Shown here: positions 11,080 to 23,850 of the stretch, piece after piece
Position numbering within the stretch: the stretch's first letter is position 1
How the letters are laid out: each line of letters begins with the position of its first letter
Origin: Octopus sinensis
Lineage: Eukaryota
NCBI RefSeq assembly: GCF_006345805.1
Contig: NC_043025.1
Span: 15,066,001-15,130,000, forward strand
DNA length: 64,000 bases
Direction of reading: 5' to 3'
Notes under the pieces: model-generated
The model's input: the letters and a program-made list of their open reading frames with translations, nothing else
The model's database searches: none
What the model was told of the DNA's origin: nothing
Translations under genes and position numbers: made by a program

Positions 11080-12140
11080 TAAAGGTTGGCTACATCCCTC
11101 TGTACATTGTAAGTTATGCACGATATTCCTACCCTTACAGTTAACCTGTATATGGGGACCTATCAAAAGGATAAGTTCCACAGATCAAGGATTTTATAGG
11201 GGCACCAGGCCCTTCTACTACCTTAATCTATACATTGGCCTTATCTAGTGTTTTTCTAAAAAGGTATGCTAGTTCACTGCCAGGGGTAACACCAATGAAC
11301 AATGAACACTCTGGTATTTTTTTGTTGTCGTATCATGGGCTGGCTCTATTTGTCTGTTTCCAGGTCCTTTCTGTGCTGTTCCAGGAATTACCCCTGTACA
11401 GCAGGAGGACCCCCTTAGCTATTTCTTTATTACCCACAAGGGGCTAAACACAGAGGGGACAAACAAGGACAGACAAACGGATTAAGTCGATTATATCGAC
11501 CCCAGTGCGTAACTGGTACTTAATTTATCGACCCCGAAAGGATGAAAGGCAAAGTCAACCTCGGCGGAATTTGAACTCAGAACGTAGCAGCAGATGAAAT
11601 ACCGCTAAGCATTTCACCCGACGTGCTACCGTTTCTGCCAGCTCACCACCTCACTCTTAGCATCACTCTCCATGATGGCTCTGGACTTAGTCCTTGCTCC
11701 TTTGTACACTCTAATCCTGTCCCCTTGGTTGTAGCCAGATAACTGCATGTGATGGATGAAGTGTTGTATGTGTCTTTCCAATTCCATAGGGTCGCACAAG
11801 GGAGACACTTTCCACATCACTCTCACCAAGTCTGTTACAAGAAAACTGAACTTGACATTGTCCGCAATTGCTGTGTTCCTTGTGAACAAGGTACTTAGAG
11901 GCCATGGGTTTGGCATAACGGGAGTAAAGGATCTGGACCCTACTGTTCTTAGTTTCTAGCCAGAGTTCCATGTCTAACACTGGTAGCCTATAGTTCGGGT
12001 GCTTGTTAGGGTGGTCTATCATTAGTTCAATGCTCTGGTGGATGGAGTTAGCTATTTGCTGGATGCTCTCCATAGCGTTAGCTTCTAGATCATCAACATT
12101 GTCTTTGAGGGTTGCTTTGGCAACTATATTGATATCGTTC
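11080..12140 (-). pseudogene. Second Penelope-like element fragment (RT thumb to zinc-finger/GIY-YIG linker), interrupted by SINE B
   Basis: Translation gives IANSIHQSIELMIDHPNKHPNYRLPVLDMELW...ILYSRYAKPMASK, HHMQLSGY, then past the SINE LYRGNSW...LFIGVTPGSELA...IKVVEGPG. Confidence 0.7.
11420..11655 (-). mobile_element. SINE family B inserted in the PLE fragment, probable 6-bp TSD cttagc
   Basis: cttagc at 11414-11419 and 11656-11661 flanks a complete B copy. Confidence 0.85.
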
Positions 12141-12554
12141 ACATAGCAAGCATGTGCTTAACTGGCAAAAAAAAAAAGACACTCCAAAATACAACAGTAT
12201 CTGTTTCAACACGTAATTCTACATCAAGAATCTCGCAACGTAAATTCGTATATATATAAATAAATATACAAAGAGGTACCCAAATGTAACAGGGAATGGT
12301 CTTTGTGGTTGACAAGCCTGTTGTAGTTTAGGTTTCTGCCGCCAGAAGCCATTTGATGTGCCCCTCAGGCATCAGTCTGCCAACCAGTATTGTCCAGTGA
12401 GGTCATCCTACCTCCTGGTGTGGTCATTGTTTTGCAGTGCTACAACCAAGGAACTATGAAAGCCCTGTGGGGCCAAGAAACTATGGAAGCCTGCATGGAT
12501 CCAAGAAACTATGGACCTAACACACTGAACCCTAAAGATAGTCCTGCCTCATAT

Positions 12555-12898
12555 CACACCACCACCACCACCACCACCACCGTCACCACCACCACTGTCA
12601 CCACCACCACTGTCACCGATATCACTGTTACTGCAGCTGCCTTGTCCAGCGCCACATAAAATGACAAGGGTAACAACAACAGCAACACCATTTGTTCCTT
12701 TATCAGTAAACCGTGCTTCCTCCACCCTCTCTTTGGATTTCCAGCTACCCCAGGGTGGGACCTTATATCAGGGTGGTCGAGGATGTCAAAAATTAAGAAG
12801 AGCGGAAAGATACAGTTGAGGTTGCTATTGGAAACCTCAGATGATAAGGGGGGGCAACAGTGGTGGTGGTGGTGGTGGTGGTGGTGTCGGCGGTGGTG

Positions 12899-12929
<31 letters not shown>

Positions 12930-13140
12930 TGGTGTCGGCGGTGGTGACGGTGGTGGTGGTGGTGATGGTGGTGGTGTCGGCGGTGGTGACGGTGGTGGTG
13001 GTGGTGGTGATGGTGGTGGTTGTTGCTGGTGGTGATGATGTGTGATGCTGTTCTGGTAATGCATGGCTTATTTCTGGCAGCAAAACAATAGCACCAAGCA
13101 AACATTATCTACCACCACCACCAACAACAACAACAACAAC
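12555..13140. repeat. (CAC)n, (GGT)n and (AAC)n low-complexity tracts
   Basis: Visible trinucleotide runs. Confidence 0.85.
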
Positions 13141-13399
13141 CCTCACCAAATCCACCACCACCACCACCAGCGACTCAGTATCCCCATCATGGTGTCACTC
13201 CCTATTTGCCTCCCAATGAACTGTGACTATCTCCCCTCCCACACTTTTCCTGTCAATTGTAACATCAGAGAAAGCAGATGACTTGCCCCCCCCCGAACAT
13301 TACGGGGTGGAGGCAGATGTGTGTGTGTGTGTGTGTTTATGTACATATGTATTTATAGATATAGTTATATTTGCAGATATAGACATAGATACACATATA

Positions 13400-13461
13400 C
13401 ACAGATAGATAGATAGATAGATGCATGCATGCATGCATACATACATACATACATACATACA

Positions 13462-13493
<32 letters not shown>

Positions 13494-13507
13494 AATACAT
13501 ACATACA

Positions 13508-13539
<32 letters not shown>

Positions 13540-13565
13540 CATACATACACACACATATATATATA
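13400..13565. repeat. (AGAT)n/(ATAC)n microsatellite
   Basis: Visible tetranucleotide runs. Confidence 0.95.
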
Positions 13566-14119
13566 TATATATTACAGATATAGGGTGAAATATAATTAAT
13601 TTAATTTCTAAAATTTTCAGTATGTAGTTTAAGCAATTTGTTGCAAAAAACCCTTATTATTATAAATATATATATATATATTCAGCAAAACAATTTAGAT
13701 TCAAATGAATATGGTACTTAATTTAGATGCACCAGAATTTTGTATGGTTTTTACCCATAAAAATATGCGGGGTGATTATAATCAAAAATAAGCAACAAGA
13801 ATGGATCTGGTAATTTAGTACAATTGTTTCATACTATAACAATTTATTAAAGCTGCAAATATTACAGCAAATATAACATGTCAAGTAATCTTCAGCTAAT
13901 TTCGTATATGTTTTCCAACAATATAAAGTTCTCAAATCAATTAGTAACATCCCAGAGAAGGTAAATATACCGATAAAGTTGTGGATATGAATTTCAGGAA
14001 ACATGAAGAAGGATGCCAGTCAGAGCAAGATTAAGTTCACATCTAACTGTTAGATGCAAAAATACCTTGTTGATGTTGAAATATCAATAAAGGAGCGTTG
14101 GATCAAGGTTGGATCTATA

Positions 14120-14330
14120 AATATAGTCAATTAAAATAAAAACACAGAGAAAAAGAAAAAGAAAACAACAAACATGGAGATGTAGCACAAGCAACGTATT
14201 AATGAGATGCTCAGAGAAGGGAAAGAATAGTAGTATTACATTTCAAGCATAGCTCTTCATGGGAAACAGAAAAAACAGGAAAGTCCAAAACTGAAGAGGA
14301 AAAAAAGTCACCAACTCTCAAATGCAATTA
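14120..14330 (-). mobile_element. Old Penelope-like pseudo-LTR fragment with a degenerate hammerhead motif (14235-14267)
   Basis: gatgctcagagaaggg...attacatttcaagcatagctcttcatgggaaacag resembles 26035-26095 and 29745-29805. Confidence 0.55.
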
Positions 14331-14439
14331 TATTTCTGAAGTGACTAGAAGTAGAAGGAAAGAAGAGAAGAAAGGGCTTTCTGGGACAAGTGAGTGTGAA
14401 AATGGTCAGTATGTGCATGTGTGTGTATGATGATGATGA

Positions 14440-14800
14440 TGGTCCGGTGGTTAGGGCAGTGGACTCGCAGTCATGGGATCACAGTTTCAATTCTCAGACC
14501 AGGCATTGAGTGCAAACACCTATAGCTCCATGAGGTTCCAGCAGGGCGTGGTGGTGGACCCTGTTGTACTCTTTCACCACAACTTTCTCTCACTCTTTCT
14601 TCCTGTTTCTGTTGTACCTGTATTTCCTGTATTTCAAAGAGCCACCCTTGTCACTCTCTGTCATGCTGAATCTCCCTGAGAATTACATTTAGGGTACACG
14701 TGTCTGTAGAGTGCTCAGCTACTTGTACGTTAATTTCATGAACAGGTTGTTCCCTTAACCAGATCAATTGGAACCCTTGTCGTCATAACCGACAGAGTGC
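14440..14800 (+). mobile_element. tRNA-headed SINE (family F head and middle, different tail)
   Basis: ggtccggtggttagggcagtggactcgcagtc...gtttcaattctcagacc head; ctctttcaccacaactttctctcactctttc shared with 58883-59188. Confidence 0.7.
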
Positions 14801-14811
14801 CACAATGTATA

Positions 14812-15107
14812 TCTTTATATATAAAATTGAAGTTGTGTGTGTGTGTCTGTCTACTCCGATTTAGATTCCTAACTACTCTCACATTTTGTGGTGCAGTTTA
14901 ACCAAAAGCGGGTATCTTATAGTCGTCATTCATATCGAGCCCTTCTGGGTATTAGCGTGCGTCTACGATGAGTCTACGATTTAAAAAAAAATTTACCATC
15001 ATTTTTCCACATTTTTTGCTCGGTTTATATAAGGGAAGTAACTCTCTAAAAATGGTTATATAGTTATTTCCCTTACAAACCTGAGCAACACCGGGCGATA
15101 CTGCTAG
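14812..15107 (+). mobile_element. Non-autonomous Helitron-like element (~296 bp)
   Basis: Begins A|TC(tttatatataaa), ends with degenerate hairpin cctgagcaacaccggg then CTAG|T; no TSD; same architecture as 62775-63137. Confidence 0.7.
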
Positions 15108-15124
15108 TATATGTATATATATGA

Positions 15125-15297
15125 AAGGTGAGCTAGCAGAAACGTTAGCATGCTGGGTGAAATTCTATCTGTCTTTATGTCAACTTTGCCTTTCATCCTT
15201 CCGGGGTTGATAAATTAAGTACCAGTTGCATACTGGGATGGATCTAATCGACTGGCCCCCTCACGAAAATTCCAGGCCTTGTACCTAGAGTAGAAAA
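15125..15297 (+). mobile_element. SINE B variant with alternative tail (ggccttgtacctagagtagaaaag)
   Basis: B head and central domain; tail related to that of the 37930-38138 copy. Confidence 0.7.
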
Positions 15298-15354
15298 GTA
15301 TATCATTTACTTGTTTTAATCATAAGAGTGCAGTCATGCTGGGGCACTACCTTA

Positions 15355-16095
15355 CTCTTTTTTACTTGTTTCAGTCATTTGACTGCGGCCATGCTGGAGC
15401 ACCGCCTTTAGTCGAGCAAATCGACCCCGGGACTTATTCTTTGTAAGCCCAGTACTTATTCTATCGGTCTCTTATGCCGAACCACTAAGTTACGGTGACG
15501 TAAACACACCAGCATCGGTTGTCAAGCAATGCTAGGGGGACAAACACACACACACAAACACATACACATATATATATATACATATATACGACGGGCTTCT
15601 TTCAGTTTCCGTCTACCAAATCCACTCACAAGGCATTGGTCGGCCCGGGGCTATAGCAGAAGACATTTGCCCAAGGTGCCATGCAGTGGGACTGAACCCT
15701 GAACCATGTGGTTGGTTAGCAAGCTACTTACCACACAGCCACTCCTGTGCCTTGGAGAGATTTTTAGTCAAATAATGAATCAATCCCAGTTCCTTTTTCT
15801 TTTTTAAGCCTTGTACTTATTCTATCGGTCTCTTTTGCTGAACTGTTAAGTTATAAGGATGTGAACACAACAGTGCCGGTTGCCAAGTGGTGGTGGGGCA
15901 CAAACACAGACAAAAAGACACACACACATCTATATACGACGGGCTTCTTTCAGTTTCCATCTACCAAATCCACTCGTAATGCTATGGTCGGCCTGAAGCT
16001 ATAGTAGAAGACACTTGCCCAAGGTGCCATGCTGTGGAACTGAACCTGGAACCACAGAGTTGGAAAGCAAGCTTCTTACCACACAGCCAAGACTG
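15355..16095 (-). mobile_element. Two adjacent SINE A copies (15355-15750 younger, 15770-16095 older)
   Basis: Both contain gacgggcttctttcagtttcc.tctaccaaatccactc...gaagaca.ttgcccaaggtgccatgc. Confidence 0.8.
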
Positions 16096-16569
16096 CACCT
16101 GTGGGGGGTGGGGTGATGTCTTTTTGTTTGTGTGTGCATGTGTGTGTGTATGTGTGTTTGTGTGTGTAAACTAACCCCAGTAAGACATTGTCTTTGGGCT
16201 TTTAATGTCCATCATTTCCCCGACCCTATTCCCCCCTCTCTCTCTCTCTCTCTCTATTCATCTATCTATCTATCTATTTCTCAGATCAACTGGAATCCTC
16301 ACCATCAGAGTGTCAAATTAATCTCATTCCAACCATGACCATCTCGACTCTATCTCACTGTGATGTGTGATAGATCTCCATCCATCTCATTAACAAGTAC
16401 TCCTTATTTGAATTGACTTCACGTGGCTGAACATTTTCACATCTGTGTATCCTTTACATTAATTGCATGACTGGCTGTTTTAAACGCCGATTGCGGGGCA
16501 TGAAGGGGGAAGGAGGAGGGGGTGTCGTGTTGTTAGAGTCAACCTTCACTCAATCCCATGAAGGTGCAT

Positions 16570-16845
16570 TCTTCAATGGTTAGGGTATTCGGCTTACGAT
16601 CATAAAGTTGTGAGTTCCATTCCCAGCAGCATCGTGGCCGTTGCCAGCCTCACGTGGCACCTGTGCTGGTGGCACGTAAAAAGCACCCACTACACTCACG
16701 GAGTGGTTGGCGTTAGGAAGGGCATCCAGCCATACAAACACTGCCAGATCAGAATGGGCCTGGTGCAGCCTCCTGGCTTCCAGACCCCAGTTGAACCTTC
16801 CAACTATGCTAGCATGGAAAGTGAATGTTAAACAATGATGGATGA
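16570..16845 (+). mobile_element. Chimera: tRNA-like SINE head fused to the RTE 3' tail
   Basis: tcaatggttagggtattcggcttacgatcataaagttgtgagttccattccc joins at ~16631 to tcgtggccgttgccagcc...ggcacgtaaaaagcacccactacactcacggagtggttggcg. Confidence 0.65.
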
Positions 16846-17078
16846 TATATATAGATATATATATATATATATAATATATATATATATATATTATAATATA
16901 TAATATATAGATATATATATATATTATATATCAGTCCAAACATGAACAAGCAAGAAAAAACAACGCGAGGCGTGGAAAAGTACAGTGTTATGGACCTCAG
17001 GAAGGGGAAAGAAAGAGGATTTTTATATATATGTATATATATATGTATATATATATATAATTGTTATATATATGTGTA

Positions 17079-17127
<49 letters not shown>

Positions 17128-17132
17128 TAAAA

Positions 17133-17530
17133 ATGGAGTGGCTGTGGTAATAAGTAGTTTGCTACGGCAACCACTGGTTCCGGGTTCAGTCCACGCGTGG
17201 CATCTTGATCTTGGGCAATGTCTTCTCTATAAACCTCAGGCCGACCAATGCCTGTGTGTGGATTTGGTAGACGGAAACTGAAAGAAGCCTGTCGTATATA
17301 TGGATAATATATATATATGTGTGGTGTGTGGTGTCTGTGTTTGTCCCCTTAGCATTGCTTGACAACCGATGCTGGTGTGTTTACGTCCCCGTCACTTAGG
17401 CGGTTCGGCAAAAGAGACCGATAGAACAAGTACTGCTTACAAAGAATAAGTCCGGGGTCGATTTGCTTGACTAAAGGCGGTGCTCCATCATGGCCGCAGT
17501 CAATGACTGAAACAAGTAAAGAGTAAAGAG
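17133..17530 (+). mobile_element. SINE family A, full length
   Basis: Same head, core and tail as 10626-11030. Confidence 0.85.
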
Positions 17531-18204
17531 TATATATATAATGTATATAAAATTATATATATCTGTGTAATATATGTATATATATATGTATATATATATA
17601 TATTATACTTGGAAAAGGATGCATGGCATTCGATTATATAATAATATAAATAATATATAAATATATGCATATAGACATACATATATGTATATACCTACAT
17701 CTATATGTATATATACATGCAGATATGGGTACAGGACATCGAAAAAACGTTGAACACAATGAGAAACGAAAACATAAAAACAAAAACATGGAAACGGACT
17801 TCTTTTCAAACAATGAAAAAACAGAGTACAAGACATACAACACACGGAACATTCCCCTATATACACACAGGCACACATGAAGGTACACATATACATACAT
17901 GTGTGTGTGTGTGTGTGTTAATCTCCATGATGTAGTGACTGCTAATTCAGACTTGGTCTTTTTTATCTCTCTTCATCTCTTTTCCCTCCTCATTTCTTTC
18001 CGAAGAAGAGCATAGGTTCAAAATAATGAAAGACTTGGATTTTTTTCTTCTGAGTTTTAAACTAAAACACCTTTTGGTTGTTCTTTCACCTGTCTTTGTG
18101 TGTTTCTTCTGTATATTGTTAGACCACAAACACACACACATATATATATATACAAATATGTGTGCAAGTGTGTGTGTATGTGTTTGTACGTCTGTGGTAT
18201 GGAT

Positions 18205-18800
18205 GGCGGTGAGCTGGCAGAATCGTTAGCACGCTGGGAAAAATGCTTAGCGGTATTTCACTGTTGTTACGTTCTGAGTTCAAATTCCGCCGAGGTCGAC
18301 TTTGCCTTTCATCCTTTCGGGGTAGATTAAATAAGTACCAGTTACACACTGGGGTCGATGTAATCGACTTAATCTGTTTGTCCTTGTTTGTCCCCTCTGT
18401 GTGTAGCCCCTTGTGGGTAGTAAACAAATACGTATTTCATCTGCCCCTACGTTCTGAGTTCAAATTCTGCCGAGGTCGACTTTGCCTTTCATCCTTTCGG
18501 GGTAGATTAAATAAGTACCAGTTACACACTGGGGTCGATGTAATCGACTTAATCCGTTTGTCTGTCCTTGTTTTCCCCCTCTGTGTTTAGCCCCTTGTGG
18601 GTAGTAAACAAATAGGTATTTCGTCTGCCCCTATGTTCTGAGTTCAAATTCCGCCAAGGTCGACTTTGCCTTTCATCCTTATGGGGTAGATTAAATATGT
18701 ACCAGTTACACACTGGGGTCGATGTAATCGACTTAATCCGTTTGTCTGTCCTTGTTTGTCTTCTCTGTGTTTAACCCCTTGTGGGTAGTAAAGAAATAGG
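18205..18800 (+). mobile_element. SINE B tandem trimer: one head followed by three bodies
   Basis: gttctgagttcaaattc at 18271, 18451 and 18635 (periods 180 and 184). Confidence 0.9.
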
Positions 18801-19107
18801 TGTGGATGGTGTTAGGAAGCCTGGTGCAGCCTCCTGGCTTCCCAGATCTCAGTCTAACCATCCAACCCATGCCAGCAAGGAAAGCGGATGTTAAACGACG
18901 ACGATGATGACACACACACACACCAAGCCTGATTAATATAGACATGCATATATACATATATAAAGTGTCATCATTATCATCATCGTCATCATTGAATAGT
19001 TTTTTTCTGACATGCTGACAGGCATATATCATATATATATAGATAGATATATAGATAAATACACACATGTGTCCGTCCATCCATCCATTCATATATATAT
19101 ATATATA

Positions 19108-19161
<54 letters not shown>

Positions 19162-19212
19162 ATATATAGTATATATACTATATATATATATAATATGTGT
19201 ATATATATTATA

Positions 19213-19266
<54 letters not shown>

Positions 19267-19302
19267 TATAGATACATATATAATATATACATATATATAA
19301 TA

Positions 19303-19359
<57 letters not shown>

Positions 19360-19399
19360 ATATATATATCATATATATATATATATATTATATAATATA

Positions 19400-19939
19400 T
19401 ACACATATACATTTATATATACATAATACACACAGCATAAACACGTGTGTGTGTGTTTTATGATACATGCCACACTCTCACATGTACGGCAGGTAACTTT
19501 ATAGTCTTGAGTGGGATGCCAGTCTGAGAGTCTGGTGTGTTGGTGGACGTGGGGGGAGGAGCGCGTATGTGGGATTGGGATGGGTGTGGTGGAATGTTGA
19601 GCATCAGAGCGGCAGGTGCACAATGAGGAAAAAAAAAAGGGGGCTTGGTCTTAAAACTAAGGGATCAGTTTCACAAACGATTGTTTTTGTTGTTGTATCA
19701 GACAGCGAGTGTTTAGCCGAGCAAAATTTGGCACGTGTAGACATATGCACACATTCACATACAACACATAAGCCTGCCATATATATATATGATGCACACA
19801 TACATACTCTTTTACTTGTTTCAGTCATTTGACTGTGGCCATGCTGAGAGCACCTTAGAAATGCATACATACACACATATATACATACATACAGCCATTC
19901 ATACATATATATATATATATAGATTGCATATAGATGCAT

Positions 19940-19987
<48 letters not shown>

Positions 19988-20512
19988 TTTATATATACAT
20001 ATATACACACATGCATAACACGTGTGTGTGTGTTTTATGATACATGCACACTCTCACATGTACGGCAGGTAACTTTATAGTCTTTGAGTGGGATGCCAGT
20101 CTGAGAGTCTGGTGTTGGGGTGACGTGGGGGGAGGGCCCGTATGTGGGATTGGGATGGGGTGGGGGAATGTTTGAGCATCAGAGCGGCAGGTGCACAATG
20201 AGGAAAAAAAAAAGGGGGCTTGGTCTTAAAACTAAGGGATCAGTTTCACAAACGATTGTTTTTGTTGTTGTATCAGACAGCGAGTGTTTAGCCTGGAGCA
20301 AAATTTGGCACGTGTAGACATATGCACACATTCACATACACATACATAAGCCTGCATATATATATATGCACACATACATACTCTTTTACTTGTTTCAGTC
20401 ATTTGACTGTGGCCATGCTGGAGCACTGCCTTAGAAATGCATACATACACACATATATACATACATACAGCCATTCATACATATATATATATATATATAT
20501 ATAGATGCTTGC

Positions 20513-20520
<8 letters not shown>
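19400..20520. repeat. Tandem duplication of a ~560-590-bp block
   Basis: cacgtgtgtgtgtgttttatgatacatg...gagcatcagagcggcaggtgcacaatgagg...ggcacgtgtagacatatgc occurs at ~19440-19750 and again at ~20020-20330. Confidence 0.9.
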
Positions 20521-20547
<27 letters not shown>

Positions 20548-21075
20548 ATAATATATATATACATAGCTGACGTACCTGGTTATTCCTTGAAAATTGGGGC
20601 TGTTCCCTAGGTTCGTTTCTCATAATTGGTTCACTAAACCAATAACAACAATGCAAAGTATGTGGCCCTTAAAACAATTTTTGTGCATTTACAGAGAATA
20701 CTGACCTGTCTTACGATCTTGCTTTTAAGAAACCCCAATAAGTTATGAATACCCAAATCATGAAGTCAGTTATGAAAAACATACAATTTAGTTACGCAAT
20801 AGTAAAAATGCAAATAAAGTAGCCCCGAAAAGGGATTTAATGCATTCCCAGAGTATATAGAACTTAAGAGAAAATACCAACAAGGTATGTGTACCAAAAT
20901 CGTGAAGCATGTTACGTAATAACAAGCTGATCGGATATGAGATGCTAACAATTCAAAGCAAATAACTCTGAAGAGAGTTTTTGTGCATTCCCAGTGAATA
21001 TAACCCTTAGGGGGCGTTAGTGTTGAAATAGATTTAAAATGGATGTAGAAACAGACTGACATTTAGTTTTACAGT

Positions 21076-21801
21076 CTATCTATCTATCCGCTCAGTCGAA
21101 GTCGACTCTTGGTCACTCGTTGGATCAGTGTCCTCCAGTCAGTTCTATCCTGGGCCGCTTCTTTCAGATAGGCTATGTCCATTCCGGTATCCCTCTTGAT
21201 GGTGTCAAGCCAGCAGGTTCTTGGTCGGCCTCTTCCTCTCTTGCCATTGACCATTCCGTATATATATATATATCCGCTCAGTCGAAGTCGACTCTCGGTC
21301 ACTCGTTGGATCAGTGTCCTCCAGTCAGTTCTATCCTGGGCCGCTTCTTTCAGATAGGCTATGTCCATTCCGGTATCCCTCTTGATGGTGTCAAGCCAGC
21401 AGGTTCTTGGTCGGCCTCTTCCTCTCTTGCCATTGACCATTCCGTATATATATATATATCCGCTCAGTCGAAGTCGACTCTCGGTCACTCGTTGGATCAG
21501 TGTCCTCCAGCCAGTTCTATCCTGGGCCGCTTCTTTCAGATAGGCTATGTCCATTCCGGTATCCCTCTTGATGGTGTCAAGCCAGCAGGTTCTTGGTCGG
21601 CCTCTTCCTCTCTTGCCACTGACCATTCCGAGCATGATGTCCTTCTCCAGGGATTTTCTCTGCATAATATGACCGAAATCTGTCAATCTATGCTTGGTGA
21701 TCCTAGCTTCTAGTGACATTTTTGGCCTGATCTGCTTAAGAACTTCTCCATTGGTGAGCCTCACTGTCCATGGAATCCGTAAAAGTCTTCTCCAACTCCA
21801 A
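21076..21801 (-). mobile_element. 5'-truncated RTE LINE with its last ~186 bp present three times, inside an 11-bp TSD
   Basis: ORF 21084-21818 contains WRRLLRIPW...LTDFGHI...GKRGRGRPRTCWLD (RTE C-terminus); TSD agttttacagt at 21065-21075 and 21802-21812. Confidence 0.9.
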
Positions 21802-21989
21802 AGTTTTACAGTAGGCATACAAATAACTTTGCATATAGATTTATAAATAAAATAACATGTAGATTATCAATTCATTTATAAAACTTACAAATATTACAGT
21901 AAAATAATAAATACCTGATAATTTGGTGAATCTTATTAAGTTTTTTTAAAGTTTTTTTTTTAAGTTTCAGCTCAGAGCTGCGGCCATGA

Positions 21990-22990
21990 GCTTCTTGATA
22001 AACAACATTTATGGTCTTTCCTTGTGGGGCATAAAGAAACAAATAATTAGGATTCCCAGCTCTTGAGGATCCCACATAAAGTTGTCCATAGGAGAAAACT
22101 GATTCTGCCATGTTCAGACCTACCTCATCAATGGTCATTGCAAAGCTCAGTTTCAACGGGAATTGCAGGTGCTTGTACTGGAAAGGTATATCCGAGAGAA
22201 TCAGTGGAATTCTAGGAATGAATACAGACTCACCGCTTGCTTTACCATTCAAAATTGTTTTCCCCAAGACTGTTGGCATCATCTTCTGTATTATAAGTTG
22301 TGTGCCATTGCAAAGCTTTGGTGGATTGAGGTTTCGATGGAGCATAACTAGGGCCCCAATCTTGAGGTGAAAGTTGTGAGGCGGGAGGCCGGGTGGTATT
22401 AGACTACTCAAGAATTGAACTGGATAATTCACAGCTTCATCGATGTTGAGTACAGTGTCAATGGAATTGAAGATGTGACACTCACCTGGCAACTGTTCCA
22501 GAAGTTTGATGTTCAAATCATCAACTGCCACATTCTTTGGAGCTAAAATAGTGAGTCTCATCTTTATGCTGGCATTTACTTCATAAGCTCTTGTCCCCTT
22601 TGCAGCCATGGGAAGGGTTTGTCTAAAGTCTCCTGCAAGCAAGACTGTGGCACCTCCCATGGGCCTGGTGTTGTGTCTCAGATCCTGAAGGGCCATGTCA
22701 AGAGCTTCAAAGGAAACCCTATGGCTCATTGTCGCCTCATCCCAGATGATCAACCTGAATTCACCCAGAAGTTTGCCTTTTATAGAACCATGACTGATGT
22801 TGCAGTCTGCCTTCTCTTTCTTGGACAGGTCCAAAGTTTGGTTTGAAACAGGAATGTGCTGTGTGGCCACCACTTAGCAATTTATATCTTTGGCAAGTTA
22901 ACTTGGAATTCTCAAATGACAATCTAGTCCTCATATAACTAAGGTATCTTCAACCTGATGACTAGCCGAGTTGAATACCCCTCATCGAGA
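21990..22990 (-). pseudogene. Helitron Pif1-like helicase relic
   Basis: LIIWDEATM, GGATVLLAGDFRQTLP, ILAPKN, GLPPH..LKIGALVMLHRNLNPPKLCNGT, IPRIPL, QFPLKLSFAMTI, QLYV motifs, with internal deletions between them. Confidence 0.85.
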
Positions 22991-23699
22991 AATTATTACA
23001 GTAGAGGATCTGCCAGCTAGGAAACATATGCAGCCTAGATTTTACCAGTTCCATTCCCTCAAAATGGATTTTTATTTGCATTCATAGTGACTGAAGTTGT
23101 TAACTGTGGACTAGATTTAAAAAGTTTTTTTCAGCCTTTCAAACTTCAATATGGCAACCTTCACCAATTTGTTATTATTGTCTTTGAACATTGTTTTTTA
23201 TATCTACCATGGACTGCTCGACATTTACAAATTTCCTACACTTAAATCTTTGGATCTTACAATTACAGTTCGCAGTTGATAAAGAGATAAATGAATTATA
23301 AATGACTTACAACCCTATGATCCCACTATGCTCCATGCAATTCTTAGAAGTTGTAGTATATTCCTAAGTACAATAGCAACAACATGAATTTCTTCCATCT
23401 TCTTGCTCTGTTAAAATATCTAAGAAAAATTATATTAATGTATCCTACTTGTTAAAATTCCATTTATTTATTTGTGCAGCTGAAGATAGCACTGCATTTA
23501 AATTAATGTAATGATTGCATTGTTCAATTCAATGGATCTGCTTGAAATGGTTGTACTGCATCACTACTTGATATCCTGTTGATTATTTTGATTTTATTGA
23601 CCCTACTTTGAGCCGCGAGGATAATATTGGACTGACTCAGTGCTTCAACTTAAATACCTAATTCAACTGAATCTTAATTACTTCTTGTGTGTGTGCTAA

Positions 23700-23850
23700 C
23701 CTTGGATCGTAGAGTGACCGACTGTTCTTGAGGAGACCTATTGAGTCAAGTACGTCAACACCAAAATCAAAATCAAATGGAAATTGTAGTTAAGATACCT
23801 GTGCCAGTGGCACATAAAAAGCACCATCCGAACGTGGCTGATGTAAGCAT
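23700..23850 (+). mobile_element. RTE subfamily ORF-end/3' UTR fragment
   Basis: cttgaggagacctattgagtcaagtac...ggcacataaaaagcaccatccgaacgtggc shared with 31530-31650. Confidence 0.65.

Noticed and set aside
12390-12840. Coding potential in non-repetitive stretches between CAC/GGT tracts
   Set aside because: I found no recognisable motif in the frames I translated.
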